Positions 21,101 through 35,391 of a stretch of 64,000 bases of DNA are shown here, piece after piece. A program made the position numbers and the translations under genes. Origin of the DNA: Methylobacteriaceae bacterium (GTDB lineage Bacteria > Pseudomonadota > Alphaproteobacteria > Rhizobiales > Beijerinckiaceae); contig JBEIIL010000001.1 in assembly GCA_040380755.1 (NCBI GenBank), positions 3,418 through 67,417 on the forward strand, read 5' to 3'. Numbering within the stretch: position 1 is the stretch's first letter; each line of letters starts with the position of its first letter. A model generated the notes under the pieces. It did no database searches and was not told where the DNA came from. It saw only the letters and a program-made list of their open reading frames with translations.

Positions 21101-22222
21101 CTACAGCGCGCGGATCAGAGCCTCGATCAGCCGGCTGCGCGGCGCCAGCGACGACACCAGCGCATGTTCCTGCAGGGTGTGGGCGCCATCGCCGTCAATG
21201 CCGAGACCGTCGAGCGTCGGAACGCCCAGTGCTGCGGTGAAGTTGCCATCGCTGCCACCGCCGGTCAGCGGCACATCCTGCAGGTCGATGCCAAGCGGCA
21301 CCGCCAGTGCCCGTGCCTTTTCAAACAGGGCAGCAACCTCTGGCGTCTTGGCGTAGGGCGGCCGGTTCATGCCGCCCGTGACGGTGATGCGGATGTCCGG
21401 GCCGACAGCCCTCAAGCCGTTGATGCGCCCGCACAACTCCTCGCCGTCCGCCAGCGTGGCGACACGCAGGTCGACCACGAACCGCGCGTGATGAGGGATG
21501 ACATTCGCGGCGGTCCCGCCCGAAACCTGGCCGACCGTCGTCGTGACCTGACGGGCATAGTCGGTCAGGGCCTCGATGGCGAGGATCTGATGGGCCGCCT
21601 CGCGGATGGCGCTGCGGCCATCGGGATGGCGTGAGCCTGCATGGGACGGGCGCCCCTCGATGTGAACATCGAAGCGCGCGACTCCCTTGCGTCCGGTCAC
21701 CACCTTGCCACCGTCGCGCGCCGGCTCGGTTACCAGCACGTGCGAGGCCGTGCGAGCCTTCGCCTCGATGATGTCGCGGCTGGTCGGCGAGCCGATCTCC
21801 TCGTCGGGGGTGAACAGGAAGGTGATGGGGCGTGTCAGCGCATTCGCGGCAACCGCGCGCCGCACTGCGGCTAGGGCGAGGAAGGCGCCCCCCTTCATGT
21901 CGTAGATGCCGGGGCCGTAGAAGCGGTCACCCTCGATGCGCATGGGCAGGTCGGCGGCCAGCGTGCCCAGCGGGTGCACCGTGTCGACATGCGACAGCAG
22001 CAGCAGGCCCGGGGCCCCCGTCCGTGGTCCGGCGCTGAGCTCGAGCGTGTCGCCGAGGCCATCACGTCCGGCGTGGCGCTGCACGCCGATCGGCGAGCCG
22101 GCCACCGCCGCCGCGACGGCGTCGATCATGCGGTTGACGCCGGGCGTGTCCGAAGTCGGGCTCTCGGTTCCGACCCAGCCACGCAATTCGGCCACCATCG
22201 CGTCGACGTCCAGTCCACTCAT
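21101..22222 (-). CDS. M20-family metallopeptidase (glutamate carboxypeptidase-like)
   Basis: 373 aa with LLLSHVDTVHP, FTPDEEIGS and HAGS motifs of the M20/ArgE/DapE family. Confidence 0.85.
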   Translation of the reverse strand: MSGLDVDAMVAELRGWVGTESPTSDTPGVNRMIDAVAAAVAGSPIGVQRHAGRDGLGDTLELSAGPRTGAPGLLLLSHVDTVHPLGTLAADLPMRIEGDRFYGPGIYDMKGGAFLALAAVRRAVAANALTRPITFLFTPDEEIGSPTSRDIIEAKARTASHVLVTEPARDGGKVVTGRKGVARFDVHIEGRPSHAGSRHPDGRSAIREAAHQILAIEALTDYARQVTTTVGQVSGGTAANVIPHHARFVVDLRVATLADGEELCGRINGLRAVGPDIRITVTGGMNRPPYAKTPEVAALFEKARALAVPLGIDLQDVPLTGGGSDGNFTAALGVPTLDGLGIDGDGAHTLQEHALVSSLAPRSRLIEALIRAL

Positions 22223-22306
22223 GGCAGGTCCTTGAATCGGGGCCCCTCGCCCCGCAGGTTCAGCATAGGCAGGCTGTACCGTGCCCAGAAGCGCGAAGGC
22301 CGCGGA

Positions 22307-23131
22307 TCAGCTGCCTGCCTCCGAAACGACGAGCCGCCGATAAAGGTGCCAGGTCGTGTGCCCGAGCACCGGCAGGACGACGAACAGGCCGGCGAAAAAC
22401 GGCGCCGACGCGGCAATCAGCAGCACCACGATGATGGCGGCCCAGCCGATCATCGGCACGGGATTGGTGGTCACGGCGCGCACGCTGGTGATCATGGCGG
22501 TGACGAAATCGACGTCGCGGTCCAGCAGCAGCGGGAACGACACCACGGTGAGGGAAAACAGCACGAGAGACAGGACCGCGCCGACAACATGGCCGATCAG
22601 CAGGAAGGTCCAGCCCTCCGGCGTCGTCAGCAGGGTTGTCAGAAAATCCCGCAGCGCGAAGGACTGGAACCCGAAGAACAGCGCCAGCAGCAGCCGCACC
22701 TGGTACATCCAGAGCATGAAGATGAAGACGGTGACGAAGGCCATCCAGCCGAGCTCGCGCCGGCTCTGCGCCACGACGGCTCCGAGAACCGCGCTCCAGC
22801 CGAGCGGCTCACCCGTCTCCCGCCGCCGCGAGACCTCATAGAGCCCCACTGCGACAAAGGGGCCAATGAGGGCAAATCCCGCGGCCAGCGGATAGGCCAG
22901 ATAGAGCATCCCCCACGAGGCCGCAGCCATCACCAGCAGCACGCCGCCCACCGCATAGATGCCGCCGAAGAACAGCCCGTATTGCGGCGCTGCCTGGAAG
23001 TCGCGCAGCCCGGCGGCCACGGAATCGGCGATGTCGGACGCGCTGATCCTGCGCAGCTGCGGATCGCGCCGGCGGACCGGTGCGACGACTGGCACGTCGG
23101 CCGCGATCTCGGCACCTTTTGTTTCCGCCAT
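22307..23131 (-). CDS. DUF2189-domain integral membrane protein
   Basis: Start MAETKG with RBS GGAGGGGAGGAG. The pattern AAPQYGLFFGGIYAVGG...PLAAGFALIGPFVAVGLYEVSRRRE matches my recollection of the family. Confidence 0.75.
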   Translation of the reverse strand: MAETKGAEIAADVPVVAPVRRRDPQLRRISASDIADSVAAGLRDFQAAPQYGLFFGGIYAVGGVLLVMAAASWGMLYLAYPLAAGFALIGPFVAVGLYEVSRRRETGEPLGWSAVLGAVVAQSRRELGWMAFVTVFIFMLWMYQVRLLLALFFGFQSFALRDFLTTLLTTPEGWTFLLIGHVVGAVLSLVLFSLTVVSFPLLLDRDVDFVTAMITSVRAVTTNPVPMIGWAAIIVVLLIAASAPFFAGLFVVLPVLGHTTWHLYRRLVVSEAGS

Positions 23132-23257
23132 CGCGCTCCTCCCCTCCACACATGCGTTGTGCGACAGGATGCCATAGCAACACATTGGCACAAGCGACGG
23201 CGCAGGATCACACGATCTGCGTCACGCCGTCAGCACCCCACGTGTGCCGCCGAGGCC

Positions 23258-23797
23258 CTAGAACGGAATGTCGTCGTCGAGATCGCTGCCGCGGTCGCCG
23301 CCCGCCGGCGCGGGCTTGCGGTCCATCGGCGAGGCGCGACCGAAATCGCCGCCGCGGCCGCCGGAGCCGCCGCCACCTGAGTAGGATCCGCCGCCACCGC
23401 CGGCAAAGGAGCCGCCGTCATCCTCCATCGCGCCGGCGGCCTGGCCGCGACCGCCCAGCAGGGTCATCTCGCCGCGATAGCGCTGCAGCACGATCTCGGT
23501 CGAATAGCGCTCGGCGCCGTCCTTGTCGGTGTATTTGCGGGTCTGGAGCTGGCCCTCGATGTACACCGTCGAGCCCTTCTTCAGATACTGCTCGGCGACC
23601 TTGGCGAGGTTCTCGTTGAAGATCACCACGTTGTGCCACTCGGTGCGCTCCTTGCGCTCGCCCGACCCCTTGTCACGCCAGGTCTCGGTGGTGGCGAGAC
23701 GCAGGTTGACGACCGGCTCGCCGGAATTCAGCCGGCGGACCTCGGGATCGCGGCCGAGATTGCCGACGAGAATGACCTTGTTGACGCTGCCTGACAT
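23258..23797 (-). CDS. ssb: Single-stranded DNA-binding protein
   Basis: [23 protein letters not shown]-fold, Gly-rich linker and C-terminal DDDIPF tip. Confidence 0.96.
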   Translation of the reverse strand: MSGSVNKVILVGNLGRDPEVRRLNSGEPVVNLRLATTETWRDKGSGERKERTEWHNVVIFNENLAKVAEQYLKKGSTVYIEGQLQTRKYTDKDGAERYSTEIVLQRYRGEMTLLGGRGQAAGAMEDDGGSFAGGGGGSYSGGGGSGGRGGDFGRASPMDRKPAPAGGDRGSDLDDDIPF

Positions 23798-23902
23798 GGC
23801 GCACTCCTCAGGGGTTTGTTAGCCGTGACCTTACCGCAAGGCGCCCGGGCGAACCTCCGCCGGTGGCGGTGGCGCCCAGTTATCCACATCGCCTGCCATT
23901 TT

Positions 23903-23917
23903 GTTCCCGTTGTGTTC
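23903..23917. promoter_or_regulatory. Alphaproteobacterial LexA (SOS) box GTTC-N7-GTTC shared by divergent ssb and uvrA
   Basis: GTTCCCGTTGTGTTC read directly in the ssb/uvrA intergenic region. It matches the GTTC-N7-GTTC direct repeat described for Rhodobacter/Rhizobium LexA. Confidence 0.7.
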
Positions 23918-24057
23918 CTATCAGGAGCAGACTACAAGGGCAAGTGACGCTTTGCCCTGTTGCCGCGCGGGCCGCCGCACTAGGTAATGGGGCTTCGCAC
24001 GATCACAGGACGCTGCCGGCCCGGCCGGCACGACGCATCGACCGCGCAGGGGCCGCC

Positions 24058-26988
<2,931 letters not shown>

Positions 26989-27086
26989 CGCCAGGGACAA
27001 GAACGGCAGCGCCGCGCAACGCTTGAACCCGCGCCGCGTTGACGCCACATGACGGGTCCGGATAGCCCCGGCCGCCGGAGACCATC

Positions 27087-27554
27087 ATGGCCCTGCCCCC
27101 TGTGCCCGCTCCTCTCGCCTACTCCCCTGCCCCCGCGGACGTCGCCGGTGTCCTGGCCGGCCGGATCGGCGCATTCCTGGTCGACTTCGTCGTCATTGGC
27201 GTCCTGGTGCTGGTGTTTTCAGCCGTTGTGATGGTGCTGGGCGTCTTCACCTTCGGGCTGGCATGGCTGCTGATGCCAGCGCTCGTGCCGCTGGTGGCGC
27301 TGGTCTACAACGGCATCACCGTTTCTGGGCCACGGCGCGGCACCTGGGGCATGCGCACCTTCGGCATCGAGATGCGCATGGCCGAATCAGGCGGGCCGGT
27401 GCCGTTCGTGGTGGCGGCCGTTCACGCGATCTTTTTCTACGTCAGCGTGACGTTCCTGACCCCAGTCATTCTGCTGTTTGGCCTGTTCCGCAGCGACAGG
27501 CGACTTCTGCACGACCTTTTTGCCGGAACCATCACCGTGCGCCGCCTGCCCTGA
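27087..27554 (+). CDS. RDD-family membrane protein
   Basis: 155 aa with three TM segments. Has an R..AFLVDF start and a RSDRRLLHDLFAGT end, typical of RDD domains. Confidence 0.75.
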   Translation: MALPPVPAPLAYSPAPADVAGVLAGRIGAFLVDFVVIGVLVLVFSAVVMVLGVFTFGLAWLLMPALVPLVALVYNGITVSGPRRGTWGMRTFGIEMRMAESGGPVPFVVAAVHAIFFYVSVTFLTPVILLFGLFRSDRRLLHDLFAGTITVRRLP

Positions 27555-27623
27555 CGCCGCCCGGTTCCGCCGCCAGCACGGCGGTGTTATCGTGACGGCG
27601 GCTTCAGCCACCGGAAAACGCGC

Positions 27624-28370
27624 TTGACGACCCAGTCCCGCGACCAGCCCCAGTTCTACCTGACGGCACCGACGCCGTGCCCCTATCTGCCGGGGCGGAT
27701 GGAGCGGAAGGTCTTCACCCATCTCATCGGCAAGCGCGCCAGCGAACTCAACGACGTTCTGACCCATGGCGGCTTTCGCCGATCCCAGACCATTGCGTAC
27801 CGGCCGGCCTGTGACGGCTGCCGCGCCTGCGTCTCGGTACGGGTGCTGGTGGATGCCTTCAGGCCGTCCCGCAACCTGCGCCGGGTGGACGAGGCGAATG
27901 CCGACCTTGTCGGCGAGGTGAAGCAGAACCTGCCGACATCCGAGCAGTATTCGCTGTTCCGCCACTATCTCGACAGCCGACACGCGGATGGCGGCATGGC
28001 CGACATGACGGCGCTCGACTTCGCCATGATGGTCGAGGACAGCCATGTGGATACCTGCGTTGTCGAATATCGCCGGCGTGGGCCCGATACGGCGATCAAC
28101 GGGCGCGGCGCCGGGCCTGTCGTGGCGGCGGCCCTGTCCGACGTCCTCGCCGACGGATTGTCGATGGTCTACTCGTTCTTCGACCCGGACGAGGCGACCC
28201 GAAGCCTCGGCACGTTCATGATCCTCGACCACATCGCGCGGGCACGGCGCATGGGGCTGCCTTACGTGTATCTGGGCTACTGGGTCGAGGGATCGGCCAA
28301 GATGGCCTACAAGGCGCGCTTCGCGCCGCAGGAACGCCTGCACGCCCATGGCTGGGAGCGCTACGACTAG
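27624..28370 (+). CDS. bpt: Arginyl/aspartyl-glutamyl tRNA-protein transferase (Bpt/ATE family)
   Basis: TTG start. The sequence [22 protein letters not shown]...[12 protein letters not shown]...[10 protein letters not shown] matches the bacterial ATE/Bpt pattern. Confidence 0.85.
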   Translation: MTTQSRDQPQFYLTAPTPCPYLPGRMERKVFTHLIGKRASELNDVLTHGGFRRSQTIAYRPACDGCRACVSVRVLVDAFRPSRNLRRVDEANADLVGEVKQNLPTSEQYSLFRHYLDSRHADGGMADMTALDFAMMVEDSHVDTCVVEYRRRGPDTAINGRGAGPVVAAALSDVLADGLSMVYSFFDPDEATRSLGTFMILDHIARARRMGLPYVYLGYWVEGSAKMAYKARFAPQERLHAHGWERYD

Positions 28371-28412
28371 GCCTTGACGGGCCGGGTTTCCGCCTCCCCC
28401 AAGGCGCGTGCT

Positions 28413-30662
28413 TCAGCCGAACCGGTTCGACTTGGGGAACCCCTTCGGCGGCAGGCGGCCGGCCTCGGCGCGGTTACCCAACCAGTCCTTGAGGTCGGCG
28501 GCCGACACCGTCCAGGTGCGGCCGGAGGTATCGCGCCAGGTCAGGCCCTCGGCGAGGGGGAAGACCTTCAGGTCTGAGACCCCGCCATCCTTGTAGCGCT
28601 GCAACCGGACACCCTTGCCACGTCCCATGTCGGGGACCTGTGACAGCGGAAACACCAGCAGCTTGCGGTTCTCGCCGACGATGGCGACATGATCGCCGTC
28701 GACCGGCACCATCGGCAAGGCGCGGTGCGGCGGATCGAGCGTCAGCACGTTGCGGCCCTTGCGGGTCGTCGCAATCACGTCCTCGGCGGTGACGACGAAG
28801 CCGCGCCCCTCCGTCGACAGGGCAAAGAGCTTCGTCCCCGGGCGCCACGGCCAGGCTGCAACAATGTCGGCGTCCTCGTCGATGTCGGCCATCAGCCGCA
28901 CCGGGTCGCCGAACCCGCGTCCGCCCGGCAGTTTCGCCGCCTCCAGGGTGAAGACCTTGCCGTTGGATGCCAGCACCAGGATTCGCGTCGTGGTCTCGCA
29001 GTGGAACGAGGTGGCGAGCCCGTCGTCGCCCTTGAACTGCAGGGCCGACAGATCCTGCACGTGCCCCTTGAGGGCCCGGATCCAGCCCTTCTTCGTCACC
29101 ACGACCGTGAGGGGCTCGCGCTCCACCATAGCCTCGGCGAGGTCGAGATCGGCGGCGGCCGGCGGATCGGCGAAGATCGTGCGGCGATGGCCGAGCGGCG
29201 TCTCAGGACCGAAGCGCTTCTTGACCTCGCGGATGTCCCAGGAGATCGCCTTCCACTGAGCGGCATCGGAGCCGAGCAGGGTCTCGATCTGGCCCTTCTC
29301 GAGCACGAGCGCGTCGAGCTCGCGCTTCAGCTGCATCTCCTCGAGCTTGCGCAGCGAGCGCAGGCGGGTGTTGAGGATCGCCTCGGCCTGGTTGTCGGTG
29401 AGCTGAAAGAAGCGCATCAGCTCGGCCTTGGGCTCATCCTCCTCGCGGATGATCTTGATGACCGTGTCGAGGTCCAGATAGACGATGAGCAGGCCGCGGA
29501 CGATCTCCAGCCGGCGGTCGATCTGGCCGAGGCGATAGCGGGAGCGGCGCTGCAGGACCACCCGCCGGTGGTCGAGCCACTCGCGCAGCACCTCGGCGAG
29601 GCCGAGCACGCGGGGGACCACGCCGCCGGTGAGGACGTTCATGTTCATCGAGATCCGGCTCTCGAGCTCGGTGAGCCGGAACAGTGATTCCATCAGCAAA
29701 GCCGGGTCGACATTGCGCGCCCTCGGCTCCAGCACGATGCGGACGTCCTCGGCCGACTCGTCACGGACATCGGCGAGGAGCGGCAGCTTTTTCTCGTTCA
29801 GCAGCTCGGCGATCTTTTCGATCAGCCGCGATTTCTGCACCAGATAGGGGATCTCGGTGATGACGATCACATAGGTGCCGCGCCCGGTCTCCTCGCGCTC
29901 CCAGCGCGCCCTCACCCGGAAGCTGCCGCGGCCGGTGCGGTAAGTCTCGGCGATAGACGCGCGCGGCTCGACGATGACGCCGCCGGTCGGCAGGTCGGGA
30001 CCCGGCACGAAGGTGAGCAGCTGCTCGGACGTAGCGGCCGGGTGGGAGATCAGATAGAGCGCCGCGTCGCAGAGCTCGGCGGCATTGTGCGGCGGGATGG
30101 ACGTGGCCATGCCCACCGCGATGCCCTGCGAGCCATTGGCCAGCAGGTTCGGGAAGGCCGCCGGCAGGACGACCGGCTCCTCGTCCTCACCATTGTAGGT
30201 GTCGCGAAAGTCGACGGCGTCCTCGTCGATGCCTTCGAGCAGCAGGCCGGCGACTTCGGTCAGGCGCGCCTCGGTGTAGCGGTAGGCGGCGGCGTTATCG
30301 CCGTCGATATTGCCAAAATTGCCCTGGCCGTCGACCAGCGGATAGCGCTGGGCGAAATCCTGCGCCAGGCGAACCAGCGCGTCATATACGGCCTGGTCGC
30401 CATGGGGATGGAACTTGCCGATGACGTCGCCGACGATGCGGGCGCATTTCTTGTGGGCGGTGCCCGGATCGAGGCGCAGCAGCCGCATCGCGTGCAGGAT
30501 GCGCCGATGCACGGGCTTCAGCCCGTCGCGGGCATCCGGCAGCGCCCGGTGCATGATTGTCGACAGCGCGTAGGCGAGGTAGCGCTCCTCGAGCGCCGCC
30601 TTGAGGTCGATGGTTTCGACGCCCTTGTGGTCATCGTCGGGCGGATCGACGGGCTTGCCCAT
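28413..30662 (-). CDS. parC: DNA topoisomerase IV subunit A
   Basis: 749 aa with [36 protein letters not shown] and AAYRYTE (catalytic Tyr). Confidence 0.95.
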   Translation of the reverse strand: MGKPVDPPDDDHKGVETIDLKAALEERYLAYALSTIMHRALPDARDGLKPVHRRILHAMRLLRLDPGTAHKKCARIVGDVIGKFHPHGDQAVYDALVRLAQDFAQRYPLVDGQGNFGNIDGDNAAAYRYTEARLTEVAGLLLEGIDEDAVDFRDTYNGEDEEPVVLPAAFPNLLANGSQGIAVGMATSIPPHNAAELCDAALYLISHPAATSEQLLTFVPGPDLPTGGVIVEPRASIAETYRTGRGSFRVRARWEREETGRGTYVIVITEIPYLVQKSRLIEKIAELLNEKKLPLLADVRDESAEDVRIVLEPRARNVDPALLMESLFRLTELESRISMNMNVLTGGVVPRVLGLAEVLREWLDHRRVVLQRRSRYRLGQIDRRLEIVRGLLIVYLDLDTVIKIIREEDEPKAELMRFFQLTDNQAEAILNTRLRSLRKLEEMQLKRELDALVLEKGQIETLLGSDAAQWKAISWDIREVKKRFGPETPLGHRRTIFADPPAAADLDLAEAMVEREPLTVVVTKKGWIRALKGHVQDLSALQFKGDDGLATSFHCETTTRILVLASNGKVFTLEAAKLPGGRGFGDPVRLMADIDEDADIVAAWPWRPGTKLFALSTEGRGFVVTAEDVIATTRKGRNVLTLDPPHRALPMVPVDGDHVAIVGENRKLLVFPLSQVPDMGRGKGVRLQRYKDGGVSDLKVFPLAEGLTWRDTSGRTWTVSAADLKDWLGNRAEAGRLPPKGFPKSNRFG

Positions 30663-30840
30663 TTGTGGTCCAAACTGGCCTTATGGAGCGGAACGGCGCG
30701 CCGGACACCGGCCGCCGCGACCGGAACGCATACAGAACGGGCCGAGTCGGCACAAGGGTGCGGGCGGCGCAGTCCCCAGTGGCCTGCCGGCGCCAGCCGG
30801 AAGACAGCAGTTTCCTCAGGCTATTTGTCCCGACCCGGGC

Positions 30841-31827
30841 TCAGCCGTCTTCGGGCAAAGGCAGCCCTTTGGCCAGCCGCCTCAGCGCAGGCAGCGGGAG
30901 GGTGCACTCGTAACGGCCCTCGGCATAGGAGCCGAGCTCATAGGGATTGAAGACGATCCAGGCGCCCGCGGGAGAAAGGCTCCAGTTGGCAAAGTCCGAC
31001 AGGCCCGCGGCGAGGGACTTGGCATAGGCCGCCTTATCTTCGGCGTTCGCCGGCGTGCTGTCGCGGGCCTTCTTCTGCACCATGACCTGGGCATCGCAGG
31101 CCGCAATGAGGGCTGTCCGGGCGGCTGCATCGAACACCTCCGCGAAGACCGGGGCACGGCCACTGGCCACATCGAGGATGAGGCCGGAGCTGGCCGGCGT
31201 GCCATGCGCGCCACCGGTGTAGGAATAGCCCTCGAGCCGCGCCGACAGCAGGCGGGACGACGCGTAGGTCAGGCGCAGCGACTGCGAGTAGCTGTAGGTC
31301 CTGTCCTTCTCGACATCCTCGTCGCCGGGCACCGCGGCCAGCAGCCGTTCGATCTCGGCGTTGAACGCCCGCTCGCCGGGACGCACCGGATTGCGGACCC
31401 GCAGCAGCGCCACGTCGACCTCGGTGGCGCCCTTGCGGCCGGGACGCTGGACGAAGACCGGCTCGAGCGGCGCCCCCGTGCCGGGCCCGGCCTCGGGCCG
31501 GCCAGCGAGAAAGTCGCGCCACTGGACTGTCTCACGGGCCAGGCAGACGCCGAGATCGGGGGCATCGTCCTGACAGGAGTAGCCGCGGCGCTTCAGCCAG
31601 TTGCGCTGGGCGCGCAGCAGAGCATCACGGCCGGCCGGCGGCAGGCCGGCCCGCAGTGCCTCGTAGGCCGCCACCATGGCGTCGTCGGCCGCCCGCGCCT
31701 CGGGCGACGCACAGATTGCCTTGTCGGACGGACTGCGCGCCCGGGCGCAGTCCAGTGCCAGTGCGGGGACAGAGCCGCCGAGCACGATAACTGCAGCAAT
31801 CGGGGCGAGACGGGTCAGAAACAGCAT
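30841..31827 (-). CDS. Secreted DUF1311 (LprI-like) plus DUF3298/RsiV-like domain protein
   Basis: Signal peptide, then CARARSPSDKAICASPEARAADDAMVAAYEAL...QRNWLKRR (DUF1311 pattern). C-terminal part carries YSYTGGAHG (DUF3298 pattern). Confidence 0.7.
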   Translation of the reverse strand: MLFLTRLAPIAAVIVLGGSVPALALDCARARSPSDKAICASPEARAADDAMVAAYEALRAGLPPAGRDALLRAQRNWLKRRGYSCQDDAPDLGVCLARETVQWRDFLAGRPEAGPGTGAPLEPVFVQRPGRKGATEVDVALLRVRNPVRPGERAFNAEIERLLAAVPGDEDVEKDRTYSYSQSLRLTYASSRLLSARLEGYSYTGGAHGTPASSGLILDVASGRAPVFAEVFDAAARTALIAACDAQVMVQKKARDSTPANAEDKAAYAKSLAAGLSDFANWSLSPAGAWIVFNPYELGSYAEGRYECTLPLPALRRLAKGLPLPEDG

Positions 31828-31966
31828 GGCAACTCCGGCGGGCGCTGGCGCCCGAATGAAGACGAAGGTTGTGGCGGCAGACGGCGGCCACCCTGTTCGT
31901 TTGCCACGATGCCACCGGTCAACGCGTCGCTCCAGCGCCGCCGCGCGGCAAGGCCGGCGGGCCGCT

Positions 31967-32698
31967 TCATGCCGTGACGGCAGCGATGAAGGCCGCGCGC
32001 ACCTCGGGCACCGGGATGCCGCGTGGCTCGAAGACGTGGCGCATCAGGAAATGGCCGGTGAGACGGAAAGCCTGGGCCAGTTCCTCGGTCCCGGGCAGGC
32101 CCTGCAGCGGAACGCCGGATCCACCGGCAAGAAACGCCGGGAGCGGCAGCAGGCGGTCGCTCCACGGCGCGCCCGCCGATGCGCTGACGGCGCGGCCGGT
32201 TTTGGGGGACACATAGGCGAGCCCATCGTTGCCCCCGGTGGCCGCACAGGCGTCGAGCGACAGGCCGAAGCCGAGCTCGGCGAGAATGGCGAGCTCGAAG
32301 CGGATGACCAATGGTGCGGCGAGCGCCGGATCGTCGAGGGCGTCGGCCACCACCTCCAGCGTCTCGTAGAGCGCCGGGTGCGGATCGCGCTCGGGCAGCA
32401 GCCGCGCCAGGGCGCCGACAAGGCCGATGCCGTAAAGGGCGGCGGGGCTCTGCATCAGCCTGCCGGCGCGCAGGCGCGTGGCTTCGATGCGGAAGGCGCC
32501 GAGGTGATCCTCGAGACGGGCACGCCAATCGACGGTGACCGAGTTGCCCGGCTGCAGCAGCGGCTGCATCCGCGCAGAGCGGCCGCCCCGCACGAGGCCC
32601 AGGTGACGGCCATGATCACGGGTCAGCACCTCGAGCAGCACATGGCTCTCGCCCTGCCGGCGCACGCCCAGGATCACGGCGTCGTCATGCCACTCCAT
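31967..32698 (-). CDS. recO: DNA repair protein RecO
   Basis: [41 protein letters not shown]. Located downstream of era as in the conserved lepB-rnc-era-recO arrangement. Confidence 0.9.
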   Translation of the reverse strand: MEWHDDAVILGVRRQGESHVLLEVLTRDHGRHLGLVRGGRSARMQPLLQPGNSVTVDWRARLEDHLGAFRIEATRLRAGRLMQSPAALYGIGLVGALARLLPERDPHPALYETLEVVADALDDPALAAPLVIRFELAILAELGFGLSLDACAATGGNDGLAYVSPKTGRAVSASAGAPWSDRLLPLPAFLAGGSGVPLQGLPGTEELAQAFRLTGHFLMRHVFEPRGIPVPEVRAAFIAAVTA

Positions 32699-32746
32699 GC
32701 CGTCTCCCCGGCCACCGGGCGGCCCCAGAGGGCCTGCCCCGAAGGC

Positions 32747-33703
32747 TCAGCCGCGCGGAAACTCGAGCCCCATCTCGCGGTAGCGCTCCGGGTCGTCCGT
32801 CCAGTTCTCGCGGACCTTGACGAACAGGAACAGGTGCACCTTGCACTCGGCCGCCTCGGCGATCTCGCGCCGGGCCGTGGCGCCGATGGCCTTGATGGTC
32901 TGGCCGTTCTTGCCGAGCACAATCTTGCGCTGGCTTTCGCGCGTCACAAAGATCGTCTGCTCGACCCTTGCCGAGCCGTCGCGCTGCACCTTCCACTGGT
33001 CGGTTTCCACCGTCGACTGGTAGGGCAGCTCGTCATGCAGGCGTTCGTAGAGCTTCTCGCGGGTGATCTCGGCGGCGAGCAGGCGCAGCGGCGCGTCGGA
33101 GACCTCGTCTTCCGGATAGAGCCACGGGCCGGGCGGCATCAGCTGGGCCAGCCGGGCGCGAAACGCGCCGACGCCGTCGCCATTGAGCGCGGCGATCATG
33201 AAGGTCTCGGAGAAGGCGTGCGCAGCGTTGAGCCGGGCGGCGAGGCCGAGCAGGCTCGGCCGCTCGACGAGGTCGATCTTGTTCAGCACCAAAACGACGG
33301 TCTGGCGCAGCTCGGGGAGCCGGCGCAGGATCGCCCCCACCTCCTCGTCTATGCCCTTGCGGGCATCGACCAGCAGGGCGACAACGTCGGCATCGCCAGC
33401 GCCGCCCCAGGCCGACGTCACCATGGCCTTGTCGAGGCGGCGCTTGGGCGCGAAGATTCCCGGCGTATCGACGAAGACGATCTGCGCGGCGCCCTCCAGC
33501 GCGATGCCGCGCATCTGGGCCCGTGTCGTCTGCACCTTGCGTGAGACGATCGAGACCTTGGCGCCGACAAGGGCGTTGACGAGCGTCGACTTGCCGGCAT
33601 TCGGCGCGCCGATGAGCGCGACAAAGCCGCAGCGGGTCGCGGCGTGGGGTGCAGCCTCAGCCGGCGGCGGCGCATCCCTGTTGCTGTCTGTGTCTTCGCT
33701 CAT
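32747..33703 (-). CDS. era: GTPase Era
   Basis: G1 GAPNAGKST, G3 DTPG, G4 NKID and a C-terminal KH domain. The start overlaps the rnc stop. Confidence 0.95.
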   Translation of the reverse strand: MSEDTDSNRDAPPPAEAAPHAATRCGFVALIGAPNAGKSTLVNALVGAKVSIVSRKVQTTRAQMRGIALEGAAQIVFVDTPGIFAPKRRLDKAMVTSAWGGAGDADVVALLVDARKGIDEEVGAILRRLPELRQTVVLVLNKIDLVERPSLLGLAARLNAAHAFSETFMIAALNGDGVGAFRARLAQLMPPGPWLYPEDEVSDAPLRLLAAEITREKLYERLHDELPYQSTVETDQWKVQRDGSARVEQTIFVTRESQRKIVLGKNGQTIKAIGATARREIAEAAECKVHLFLFVKVRENWTDDPERYREMGLEFPRG

Positions 33704-34410
33704 GCCCGCTCCTCCTCAACGAGGCCCTCGCGGACCAGAAAGGCCTGCGCGGCGGCCTGCTCGGCCATCCGCTTCGACAGGCCCTCGCCCTCGCAGGGCT
33801 CATAGCCCGCAATGGTGGCGGCAACACGGAACCGTGGAGCGTGGTCGGGACCGGCGCGCTCGGCCAGCAGATAATCGGGCACGGACAGGCCGCGGGCCAG
33901 CGCCCATTCCTGCAAGGTCGACTTTGCGTCGCGCCGCGACCGGCCGGGCTCGGTCATCTTCGGTCCGAACGCGCGCTCCACCACCGTGCGGGCCGCCTCC
34001 CAGCCACCATCCAGCCAGACGGCGGCAATGATCGCCTCGCAGACGTCGCCGAGGATCGCCTCCTTCTTGCGCAGACCCGCCTGGGCCTCGCCGGTGCCCA
34101 TCCGAAGATGGGGTCCGACACCCCAGGCCAGCGCGACCTCGGCGCAGGTCTCGCGCCGCACCAGATGGCCGAGCCGCCGCGACAGGCCGCCCTCGCTCTC
34201 ACGCGGGTAGGCGCGATACAGCATGTCGGCGACAACCACGCCGAGCACGCGATCGCCGAGAAACTCCAGCCGCTGGTAGTGCGGTCCGTCGGCGGGCGTG
34301 CCATGCAGCGCGCTGATGTGGGTCAACGCCCTGTCCAGCAGCTTGCGGTCGCCGAAGCGGTGGCCGACCGCCTCCTCGAGCGGACCCGGATCCTGGCCGC
34401 GCCGCGCCAT
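33700..34410 (-). CDS. rnc: Ribonuclease III
   Basis: RNase III signature YQRLEFLGDRVLG plus a C-terminal dsRBD. Confidence 0.95.
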   Translation of the reverse strand: MARRGQDPGPLEEAVGHRFGDRKLLDRALTHISALHGTPADGPHYQRLEFLGDRVLGVVVADMLYRAYPRESEGGLSRRLGHLVRRETCAEVALAWGVGPHLRMGTGEAQAGLRKKEAILGDVCEAIIAAVWLDGGWEAARTVVERAFGPKMTEPGRSRRDAKSTLQEWALARGLSVPDYLLAERAGPDHAPRFRVAATIAGYEPCEGEGLSKRMAEQAAAQAFLVREGLVEEERA

Positions 34411-34411
34411 C

Positions 34412-35191
34412 TCAACCGACAGGCTTGAACAGGCGATTCCAGCGCACCGTCCAGGGCCACTCCCAGACCTTCCAGGCTGCGCCGTCCTCGGCGATGGAGA
34501 AGAAGATCACCTCGGCCCGCCCGACGAAATTCTCATACGGCACAAAGCCGACGCCCTGGGCCGACATGTCACGCGAATCCAGCGAATTGTCGCGGTTGTC
34601 GCCCATCATGAAGAAGTGACCCGCGGGGACCTGGTAGACATTCGTGTTGCGGCCGAGCCTGTTGCCGTAAAGGTCAAGCTCCTGGATCGTGTAGCTGATG
34701 CCGTTGGGCAGCGTCTCCCGGTAGAAGGTCGCGTTGTCGCGGTAGCCTGCTCCGGCCGATACGTCCTGCTTGCCGGTCTGCTCCTTCTTCACGGCCTGGC
34801 CGTTGATGTGGAGGATCCCGTCGATCATCTGGATGCGGTCGTTCGGCAGGCCGATGACGCGCTTGATGTAGTCGGTGGAGTTATCGCGCGGCAGCTTGAA
34901 CACCGCGATGTCGCCGCGCTGCGGCTCTGCTCCCAGAATGCGGCCGGAAAACAAGGGCGGGCTGAACGGAAACGAGTAGCGGGAATAGCCATACGAGTAT
35001 TTCGACACGAACAGGTAGTCGCCGATCAGCAGCGTCGGAATCAGCGATCCCGAAGGGATGTTGAAAGGCTGAAAGAAGAACGTCCGCACGACGAGGGCGA
35101 TGAGCAGCGCCTGCGCCATCACCTTCACGGTTTCGATAATCCCGCCTTCTTCGGCGCGCTTGTCCTTCGCCACGCGGGTCGACTCCGTCAT
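34412..35191 (-). CDS. lepB: Signal peptidase I
   Basis: Start MTESTRV. Contains IPSGSLIPTL (catalytic Ser), GDNRDNSLDSR and KRVIGLP motifs. The upstream part of the track ORF is an artefact. Confidence 0.93.
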   Translation of the reverse strand: MTESTRVAKDKRAEEGGIIETVKVMAQALLIALVVRTFFFQPFNIPSGSLIPTLLIGDYLFVSKYSYGYSRYSFPFSPPLFSGRILGAEPQRGDIAVFKLPRDNSTDYIKRVIGLPNDRIQMIDGILHINGQAVKKEQTGKQDVSAGAGYRDNATFYRETLPNGISYTIQELDLYGNRLGRNTNVYQVPAGHFFMMGDNRDNSLDSRDMSAQGVGFVPYENFVGRAEVIFFSIAEDGAAWKVWEWPWTVRWNRLFKPVG

Positions 35192-35391
35192 TTCCGCTTC
35201 CCTGAACGCCGCGCAGCAGCAGCCGCCGGCGCAGCAGCGCAGCGGACCGCCCTGCGGGCCCGAGTCGGGTATAGACCCGGCCGTCGACAGAGGCAACGCA
35301 CGCACAGCTCTCGCCAGCCGCCCGCCGCGAGCGAAGGAACCTCCGCTGGTACCACGCGTTTGACAGCCACTGCATCCCAGGGAGGACACCA

